From contig OZ024747.1 of NCBI GenBank assembly GCA_964016885.1, positions 31,372,001-31,436,000 of the forward strand: a stretch of 64,000 nt of DNA. Reading direction: 5' to 3'. The notes under the pieces are model-generated. The model was not told the DNA's origin and made no database searches. It saw only the letters and a list, made by a program, of their open reading frames with translations. The translations under genes were made by a program, and so were the position numbers. Below are positions 54,841 through 64,000 of this stretch, in pieces; within the stretch, counting starts at the first letter, position 1; every line of letters starts with the position of its first letter. This stretch comes from Eledone cirrhosa (Eukaryota).

Positions 54841-55314
54841 GATTTTGTATACAGATATTAACTCATCAATCCCATTATGTATATCATATATCAACATAGA
54901 GATGAGCGTCATATGTATGTTTATTTCAAAAAGATAGCCTCCTTCAAATTCGGTCAATACACAAGCAGGTAATACATACATCAAAACATCTTAGAGAGAG
55001 ACAGAGAGTGAAAGAGACAGTTAGGAAAACTACACACACACACACACAAATACACATATTTCACACCTGATTTTTCCAATTGCCGGATAACATCAAAACA
55101 AAACACAGACACACACATGCACAAACACACATACACATACACAAACACACACACACACATATCTATACCTTATATGTATGTATGTATGTATGCATGTATG
55201 TATGTAAGATCATTCCCCCTCTCTATAATTTAACTGCTTTACTCTCTCTGTCGCTCTTCACTCTCTATATAACAACACTGTTTTAGTTTCCGTATCTCCC
55301 TTCAATATATACAC

Positions 55315-55359
<45 letters not shown>

Positions 55360-55645
55360 GAGAAAGATCAGGAAAACTACACACACACATCTACAGGGAG
55401 AGACAGAAAAACAGAGGGAGGGGAAAGGAGAGAGATAGGCCATTAGACAGAGAGAGAGATACAATTAAAGTGTTAGTTATTCAGAGAGAGAGAGAGAGAG
55501 AGAGTCAGAAGGACAATGTGACACGGGAGGGTGTGTGATGGGGGCAGGTATACCTAGCCGGGTGCCAGCCGGACGGGCCAGCTAGTATATATATATTATT
55601 CAAAATATTAACAAATGAAAAATATTCTCATATCAAAATATATAC

Positions 55646-55703
55646 TTTATTATATATATTTCAAAAGTACTGTTTTTTTTTCAGTACATCTTCATCAGAA
55701 AAA
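55646..55703 (-). ncRNA. Hammerhead motif, family C
   Basis: CTGATGA-AGA tGTACTG (A)n CAGTACt TTT-GAA-ATATATAT-A-ATAAA. The host element 55595-55766 is homologous to 42692-42866. Confidence 0.6.
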
Positions 55704-55979
55704 ATATATGATTTGATATATGACATACCGCTACGGTCTTGGTTATACAATTCCAGTATTGGCAGTGATTTATTTCATCAAATCTCAATGTTTATATACC
55801 AAAAATAATATGATAAACTTAAAGAAGAACAGGACGTAGAACAAATCAGAGAGGGTGTAAAGAAGAGGAAAGGCAAGAAAAAATAAATAAATACATACAT
55901 AAATAGATAAATAAATTTAAAAAAAAAATTTATATATATATATATATGTAGATATATATACATATATATATATATATAG

Positions 55980-56285
55980 AATAAAAGAGAAAACACAGGT
56001 AAGCATTAAAAAAAGGAGTTTATCCAGGTGTTTACGACCGTTTCATTGGTAAGCGCAACCTTATATCGCTATACTGCAAATAGCAACCACTCGATAATAA
56101 CTGTTATTCACCTCCAAATTTTCAAAATAATTACTTTGAAAATTTGGAGGTGAATACATAACAGTCATTATCGAGTGACTGCTATTTGCAGTATAGCGAT
56201 ATAAGGTTTCACTTACCAATGAAACGGTCGTAAATACATGGATAAAATCCTTTTTTTAATGCTTACCTGTGTTTTCTCTTTTATT
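55980..56285. repeat. About 305-bp imperfect palindrome (fold-back)
   Basis: Arms of about 150 bp, centre near 56130. Confidence 0.93.
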
Positions 56286-56540
56286 TTTTATACTCCAAGA
56301 TTGAACATGATTTACTAACCACATTCTTGCAAACTTGTGGAGTTACCCCTAACCGTACATTGGAAACCGTCCAAGAAACTGGCTATCTTAACCACTAACT
56401 GGATTACAATAGGCAATACTTTCCTAACTCTATATATATATATACATATGTATGTAAAAGGTAAACAGAAATAACAACACAATTAGTAGAGTATATGGAA
56501 GGTATATATTAGGTTAACGCTTGATATAGCAGGAAGAGGG

Positions 56541-56576
56541 TTTTAACGTTTCAGACGCTAGTCCTTCATCAGAAGA
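56541..56576 (-). ncRNA. Minimal hammerhead motif, family D
   Basis: CTGATGA-A-GGAC tagc GTCT-GAAACGTT with a palindromic stem III. Stem I is weak. Confidence 0.5.
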
Positions 56577-56857
56577 AAGAATGAGAACTAAATAGATTAA
56601 GGGGATGGGCAGGATGGAATTGGAAAAAATGTCTTTAGATAAAAATAATAGGTCCATTCATGTTGACATATATATATATATATATATATTTATGTGTAAT
56701 ATATATGTATATATATATATATTGTTATACTTTGGGAGGGTCATGTTGCCAATAAGAAACACACACACCAGTTGCTTTCACTCCAATTTATTATAAATAA
56801 AATTATAAATTTAAAAATTTATAAATTTCCGGTTGGTTGGTTGGTTGTTCATATATT

Positions 56858-56900
56858 GTCAAAGTTCTTTCGTCACACATTCTGTGAACTCTTCAGTGAC
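56858..56900 (-). ncRNA. Type-I hammerhead motif, family F (3' pLTR)
   Basis: GTCA-CTGAAGA-GtTCACA gaatg TGTGAC-GAA-AG aa CT-T-TGAC. Confidence 0.75.
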
Positions 56901-57759
56901 TGGGGATTCTTTTCTTTGTTTTGTGCCTCTCCTTTGTTCTGTCCTACGCCATCTGGTTTTTGTGTGTGTTGTGTGCTTAGTTTGCGCATGTGTTACATCC
57001 AGGTGTCTGTGTTTGTTTTTATTTGTTTATTTATTTGTTTATTTACATGTTACTGGTTGGTTGTTTGTTCTATGTGTGTGTGATTTCATTTTGTCCTTAA
57101 TTGTAAGTTGTGATGTTGCTATTCCATTCATGTTTTCTATTTAATTTTGGTTGGAGTTCATTTATGGTTATTGCTTCTGTGATTTGTCTAAACATTACGT
57201 CTTTTCTGTGTGTAGATTTTATTTTTATTTCTATGTTCTCTAATTTGCCCTTATGTTCTATTTTAGCATGTTCGTGGAGTACAGATGATCCTTTTCTATC
57301 TTGAAGTTCTCGCCAGTGTTCATTTAATCGTTCTCCTATACTATAAGCTGTCTCACTATGTACACTATATTCTTATCTTTACATTGTCCTTCAGTACATC
57401 TTATGCTATATACTATGTTTTTAGTTTTACAGTTAATTTGGGGGCTTAGTTTACAGATTATGCATTTCTTATCTATACAGGGAGGTCTTTGAAAAGGATA
57501 TGTATTACTAATAAGTGTTTTTATGGAGGTACCTGGTCTTTCTACTATCTTAATATTTAGTTTAAGTTTATCTAGGGTCCTTCTAAATTTGTAAGCTAAT
57601 TCACCTCTAGGGGTTGTATTGATGAACATTACACTCTGGTATTTAATGCTATCATACCATGAGTTTATTCTATTAACCTTATTCCTAGTAATTTCTATTC
57701 TATTCCAAAATTTTCTCCTATACAGGGGGCAGGTCCCATTTGTATCATTATTTACTATT

Positions 57760-57939
57760 GGATTGGCAGCATCGGTAGAGGGTCGGAAGCCATGCTTTGA
57801 CGCATAGAGTTACGTCCCTTGCCATTCTGAGTTCAAATCCCGCCAAGGTTAACTTTGCCTTTCATCCTCACGGGGTCGATGAAATAAAGTACCAGTAATG
57901 CACTGGGTAATTGCTGGTCTTGTGCCAGCAGTAGAAACA
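57760..57939 (+). mobile_element. SINE family 1 nested in the PLE, with 13-bp TSD
   Basis: ATTATTTACTATT (57747-57759) and ATTATTTACCATT (57940-57952). Confidence 0.9.
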
Positions 57940-58437
57940 ATTATTTACCATTTTTTCCCATTTGGTTCTGGCTCCTCTATATACTCTGATTTTATCTCTC
58001 TGATTCTAACCAGAGAACTGCATACATTGGATGAAGTGTTTTATGTGTCTCTCTAATTCTTTGGGGTTGCACATACAGGACACGTTTCTCATCACTCGTA
58101 CTAAATCCGCAATCAGTATGTTGATTTTGGTGTGATCCGAAACAACTGAGTTTCGGTGGATCAAACATTTGGAAGTCATGGGTTTGGCATAATGGGAATG
58201 GAGGATTTTTTTTTGTTATTAATGGTTTCTAACCAGAGTTCTGTGTCTAGTACAGGTAATCGATGTTTGGGGTGTTTGTTTGGGTAGTCTATAATAACTT
58301 TGATACTCTGGTGGATGGAGTTAGCTATTTGACACCTGGATGTAACACATGCACAAACTAAGCACACAACACACACAAAAACAAGATGGCGTAGGACAGA
58401 ACAAAGGAGAGGCACAAAACAAAGAAAAGAATCAGCA

Positions 58438-58480
58438 GTCACTGAAGAGGTCACAGAAAGTGTGACGAAAGAACTTTGAC
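58438..58480 (+). ncRNA. Type-I hammerhead motif, family F (inverted pLTR)
   Basis: GTCA-CTGAAGA-GGTCACA gaaag TGTGAC-GAA-AG aa CT-T-TGAC. Confidence 0.75.
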
Positions 58481-58896
58481 AATATATGAACAACCGTCCG
58501 GTTATGGAACCAACCAACCAACCAACTGGAAATTAAAAATTTTTTTAATTTATAATTTAATTTATAATAAATTGGAGTGAAAGCAACTGGTGCGTGTGTT
58601 TCTTATTGGCAACATTACCCTCCCAAAGTATAACAATATCGGTCTCAACACACGTTTTCAGATAAAGAATCTTGCTAAACAAATTCAGAAACGAAATATA
58701 TATATATTTAGATAGATATATATATATACATATATAGGAAAAGACACAGGACCCTGACGGCAGAGCTCCGGCCATTTTGACAGCTAGATCTGATATAGCT
58801 AGGTAGCTATATATATATATGTATATATATATATGTGTATATAGATATATAGTTATAGGAATAACCAAAGAGTGCTTAGAAATACATTGTTTTATT

Positions 58897-58943
58897 AGCT
58901 AACAGTGTTTCATCCATACAGCATGGCAGGAATCTTCAGAGCC
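58897..58943 (-). ncRNA. Type-I hammerhead motif, family E
   Basis: GGCT-CTGAAGA-TTCC..GGAT-GAA-ACA c TGT-T-AGCT. Confidence 0.65.
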
Positions 58944-59045
58944 TATAAACATGAGTATATCAGTAGTTGCATGCTCCATCGTGCTGCGTCACCAGAACAA
59001 GGTTAAATGACCAGCAGGGGGGTCCCGAGACTAGTGCTATATGTC

Positions 59046-59083
<38 letters not shown>

Positions 59084-59459
59084 TGTATATATAGTGTATT
59101 TTACAATACACTATATGCTTAATTAAAAGCATTTTGAAGACATTACGCTATTGTTTTAAAGTAGTGACTATGGCACTTACTTTTTTTTTCAACAAACAAA
59201 GGGAGATAAGCTGACAGATCTCCGTGTCATACTGTTTGTATTCCTCAGAGCTTAGCACTCCCTTTGTTTGTTGAAAATTATGAATGTTGGATTCTTATAG
59301 AATTCCAGTAATAATCTGGAACTGATTATACAGAGCGGTTATACTAATCTTTGGTCATATATATAAATATATAAATATAATTTTGAATAAAATGACAGGA
59401 GGCCAGACTGGTGAAGTTTCCTTAGAGTTTTATTATTGCAAAAACGGTTACCTGCCCCA

Positions 59460-59640
59460 ACATGTATATGTATTTATGTCTGTACCATGCAATGCCTGTA
59501 TATGTATGTATTTATGTATGTACCATGCAATGTCTGTATATGTATGTATTTATGTATGTAACATGCAATGCCTGCATGTGTATGTATTTATGCATGTACC
59601 ATGCATTGCCTGAATGTGTATGTATTTATGTATGTGGGAG
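59460..59640. repeat. 38-bp low-complexity tandem repeat
   Basis: TGTACCATGCAATGCC variants near 59481, 59519, 59557 and 59595. Confidence 0.75.
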
Positions 59641-60418
59641 TTTGTATGCATCACAGTATGTCTTTAAGCAGTTATATGTGTGTGAACGTGTAGGCTTATA
59701 TATATGTAGGTATATATGTATATTTATATGTTTGTATTTATGTGTGTATCTCTGAACCTACATGTGTATGTCTTTGTATTTATGTAAGTGTGTGTTTATA
59801 TAATTCTCTGTGTGTGGATAAAGATGGAGGTGAATGGACAATATAATGTCTGAGTGGCCAACAAATCTGCTTCCCAATTGTTTGTTCCAGGCGTCAAATC
59901 ACTGTATGGTTCAGAACTGAAACGACTGCATGGTCTGGGGATGAAGATACGGTGTGGCCTGGTGGTCAAGTTACTGAGTGACCCAGAGGTATAGCCACTG
60001 TGCGAACTGGGAGTCAAGTTACTGTGTGGCCCAGGAGTAAAGCCACTGTGTGCCCAGGGATCAAGCTACCATAAAACCCAGGGATCAAGCCACACTGTGG
60101 CCTGGTGGTCAAACCACTGTGTGGTTGAGGGGTCAAAGTACTGTGAGACAACTTGGCCAAGTATATTTTGTTGAGAATTATTTGACATCAGTTAAGCATC
60201 AACCATTTAAAGAAAATATACATATAGATTTTCTGTTAACACCTGATTGTTAGTGTGTATACATAGCAGACAGTGAATTCTAGGGTAAAATAGATAAAGG
60301 TGAAATGACCTCAGAGGAAGCATCTTTTAAAATGTTAGTAAGAATATGTAATTCATATTTATTGATTTTTTATGAAGGTAAGAAAAGTTACATATACAAT
60401 TATTGATCATTATCACAA

Positions 60419-60556
60419 CAGCATAGTTACGTCCCTTTGCGGTCTGAGTTCAAATCCCACCGAGGTTAACTTTGCCTTTCATCCTTACGGGGTCGATAAA
60501 ATAAAGTACCAGTAATGCACTGGGTAATTGATGGCCTTGTGCCAAAAGTAGAGACA
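60419..60556 (+). mobile_element. SINE family 1, 5'-truncated
   Basis: TSD ATTATCACAA at 60409-60418 and 60557-60566. Confidence 0.88.
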
Positions 60557-60580
60557 ATTATCACAAATAGAGATAAATAT

Positions 60581-60658
<78 letters not shown>

Positions 60659-60696
60659 AGGAAGTTATAGTTCACTTGAAGCATTGTGTAATGAGG

Positions 60697-60972
60697 TATA
60701 AACGTTTGAATTTGTAAAGCCAAACAATGCAGGTATGGACATAGAATAAAAAATGCAAATGCAAAAGATATTGTTGACAATTAGTCTTTTACCTTAGATT
60801 TATTTAAATGTCCTTAATTTTCAAGATAATATCTCTTCTTCGGAGAGAACACTGGTTTAACCACTTTACTTCCCTCCTAAATAAATCTAGAGTAAAAATA
60901 TCTTTTGCATTTGCATTTTTTATTCTATGTCCATACCTGCATTGTTTGGCTTTACAAATTCAAACGTTTATA
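60697..60972. repeat. 76-bp-arm inverted repeat
   Basis: 60697-60772 is the reverse complement of 60897-60972. The right arm ends in (TA)n. Confidence 0.9.
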
Positions 60973-61037
60973 TATATATATATATTATAATAAAATGACA
61001 GGAGGCTGGACTTGTGTAAATCTTTGAAAGGTTTATT

Positions 61038-61095
61038 ATACTATGATTATTTCAATGACCGGGTTCCGAATGAATCAGGTGATATCATCAGGTAT
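61038..61095 (-). ncRNA. Hammerhead motif, family G (long stem II)
   Basis: ATAC-CTGATGA-T ATcACC..TTC attcg GAA..GGTcAT T-GAA-AT aatc AT-A-GTAT. Confidence 0.6.
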
Positions 61096-62927
61096 TCGAA
61101 ATATAATAAATGAATGTAATAGATAAAATCCATGGGGCTGAAAATCAAAGACCGGAGGACGACCGACCATCTAGCATCTTCCACTTTAGCCAGTCGCCCT
61201 CAAGTGCTGGCTATTCGGTCTACTTGTGGCTATCTGGTGAGGGGGCTAAAGCTTATAGTGTGCTACTACCCTCCCGGTCAAATAGAAGAAAAACAGAAAG
61301 GGAGAGGAAGATAAGTCAGCGTTAATATCATGCTACAAGAAAAAAGACAGAAAGAAGGGGGGAAGAAATGGAAGAAGAAGAAAAGTCAGCGTTAATGTCG
61401 AGCTACAAGAAGAAAGACAGAAAGAAAGAGGAAGAAAAGTCTGTACTGATGTCAAGCTACCGTCAGGCAAGGAATGGTGGGAAAAAATTTATTATAAAGG
61501 ACCCGTATCTTAACAGAGGTATATATTATAACAGAGGTAAATATAGTGGGGGGTCTGCATGTTATAATGTGTGAGCAGAAGATTGGAACGTTAAATTTTG
61601 TTTAGATCTATAGGATGAAGTTACAAAAATTTAATATTTAATATTAACATTTTAAAATTGAAGAAATTAGAAAATTGAAAATTAAGCAGTTTAAAATTTT
61701 TAAGGTTTTGGTTGCGAGGTTTAAGTAAAGAAAGAGTCTTTTATGAAGAAACTTAAATTGTATTATAGAGTAAAGATTATGTCTTTGTTTAGCAGTCAAA
61801 CAGCATGTGGCGACTGCCAGCTCATCCTAACCGCGTGTCAGCCATTCCGAGTGAGATCGCCTAGCGAAAGATATGGAAATCAATTTTTCCGAGCACTCTA
61901 GGAATATATAACAGGCTTCAGGTGTGCCAGTGGGAAGTCAGCCCTCATCGTTAGGCCATCCTTGTACCAAACCAGTACTATTAATTTACCCAGGAGGGGG
62001 ATTTGTTTAAGTAGCGGGAGGCATGATACATCTAATAGTTATGATTAGGTCTATAATTTAAAGGTACTATATGGCGGTAAAAAAAACCGGCTGCGCGCTG
62101 GGCCCCTGGGGCGAATCAAGCTGCTCCGAGTAGTTTCATTTACCGAAAGAAGGGGAAATTTACTTTTCCAAGCACTCAAGGTAGGCCTATGCGCCAGGAG
62201 GCCGGTCCCACAGTCAGGAAAACCAACCCAACAGTCCAACAGAAAATTGGAACGTTAAATTATTGTTTAGATTTATAGGATGAAGTTAAAAAAAAAAAAT
62301 TAAAATTAAATTAATATATATATACATATATATATAAATTAAATTAATATATATATATAGAAATATTAAAACAATGAAATTAAACACAAAACTGTTAATT
62401 CATAGTGAAACTCATTATCTTATGATTGTTTCTGCGGGGGTAGTTCCCTGCATGTTCATTCAATTATTGATCTATGTAAAACATATTACAAAATATCATA
62501 GTAAGAAAAAATACATAAGTCTTTACTGCCTGCCTTCAGAAATACTGAGTTTTTTTATTGAAGAATACAAAAAAAAACATACATAAGAATAAGTAAGGTT
62601 ATATAACCAGGTTGAAATTGACCAATGTCAAGAATGGAAAGGGGCAGTATAAATCCTTAAGGTTTGTGGTAGTAGATGAATAAATAGGCCAAAGTAGATG
62701 AATAAATAGGTATCAAATGTCTTTCAGGAAAAGAAGTGAAAGTTGCTAGTGTAAATGAATTTATACATATTGTATATAAAAAAGTGTTGATGGTCAAAGA
62801 AGATTATGGTTGGAGGAAAAGGGGTACTGAGATTAGTGTGTTACATCAAGTAGAATGGAATAGAACAATCTTAAAAAGTTAGTTATTTCTTTGTTGTGAG
62901 GAATAATTTGTTCTAAAAATATATAAT

Positions 62928-63029
62928 TGTTTCTACTTTAGGCACAAGGCCAGCAATTACCCAGTGCATTACTGGTACTTTATTTTATCGACCCCGTAAG
63001 GATGAAAGGCAAAGTCAACCTCGGCGGGA
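62928..63029 (-). mobile_element. SINE family 1, 5'-truncated, with 14-bp TSD
   Basis: TAAAAATATATAAT at 62914-62927 and 63030-63043. Confidence 0.9.
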
Positions 63030-63214
63030 TAAAAATATATAATATAATATAAAAATATATAGACATGTACACTCACACATGTTTATATATAGGCATACAT
63101 TTATGCATATACATACATATACACACACAGATATACATATTTGCACACATACATATACTCTCACATTTATTCACTTATAACATTTTCTATATTCGTTTAG
63201 TTTTATTTATAATA

Positions 63215-63660
63215 TTTGAATGTCCTTCTAATTTTATGGTTACAAACTAAAATTAATTCCTGTCTTTTATTTAATAGAGTGTCCTTTGATTTAGTAATTT
63301 CTAAAATTTCTTGGGAACACAGTCCGCACTCCCTTCTATTGCCCTGATAAGAAATAGCTCTCTTCAGAATCTTCCAAGTTAGGTTATATTTAATATTCTT
63401 CTTTTACCAATTATTAACTGCTTCTGCTAAAGAAGTGGTATTAACTAATTTTTTGTTTTCGAAACTGTGGGTGTGTGCATAAAATCTCGATTTAAATGGA
63501 TTAGAAGTGGATCCTATATAGGATTGATTAGAGTCCTTAGTGGTGATTACACATTTATATACTATATTATTAATTAAGCAATTTCCATTTAAGGAGCAAT
63601 TATCTTTTATTCTACAGTTACAACCGTTTGCATATAGGGTTTCAGAAGTGCTATCCATAT
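63215..63660 (-). mobile_element. PLE GIY-YIG fragment (diverged from family 1)
   Basis: CNCRIKDNCSLNGNCLINNIVYKC..SYIGSTSNPFKSRFYAH, then after a stop WKILKRA.SY..CGLC..E..LLNKRQE. Confidence 0.88.
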
Positions 63661-64000
63661 TCTCAATAATAATGCTAGTATTTGTGTTTAACGTTTTATT
63701 TGGGAGAGAAGGGTTTACGGTAGGGTAGTTGTAGTCCGAATTGTTGCTAGTTGTTGAAATAATACTTTATATAGGGTTTATGGAATCATGTTGTTTTGAA
63801 CTCTATTAGTTAGATTGGGTATGTAAACCTTAGTCCCTATTAAGGATGAGGATGATGGTAGTTGGTTGTAGTCTGCTATATTATGTTGGTGACGTGAGTG
63901 AGCAGATCTAGCGGGTGGATATGTAGTAATATTCTGGTTAAGCGTTGTAGTATTACCATAGTTATCTTGTGTGTGGTGTGCTATTGTGTGTGGTGTAGCA

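Larger units (their letters stand above)
56720..58639 (-). mobile_element. PLE family 2, 5'-truncated, bounded by inverted pLTRs
   Basis: LPVLDTELW (RT end), FINTTP.G.L, IVERPG, C..C..C..C, NIVYSIRC..YI. 56720-57007 is the reverse complement of 58331-58639. Confidence 0.85.

Overview
AT-rich eukaryotic, repeat-dominated window with no supportable host exon. The dense (TA)n/(CA)n/(GA)n/(CAT)n microsatellites and the mix of tRNA-derived SINEs, RTE LINEs and Penelope-like elements (PLEs) suggest an animal genome, possibly octopus or another cephalopod (inference only). It holds two large RTE LINE copies plus 3' fragments, one near-full-length but broken PLE plus five other PLE coding fragments, degenerate CRE-like retrotransposons, a Tigger/pogo remnant, TTAA-flanked MITEs, two SINE families and several minisatellites. 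Most ORFs in the supplied track are microsatellite or antisense artefacts. Two signals stand out. (1) About 16 type-I hammerhead-ribozyme motifs, hand-folded, fall into about 8 sequence families. They sit in PLE terminal repeats and in short non-coding elements lodged in (TA)n tracts, include a family-wide non-canonical core (CAGAAGA), and several share a downstream (G/A)AG(C/T)AC(T/C) motif or lie next to fold-back duplications. (2) A complete C4HC3 PHD finger is inserted inside the reverse-transcriptase domain of both RTE copies. All RNA structures were derived by eye and are untested.
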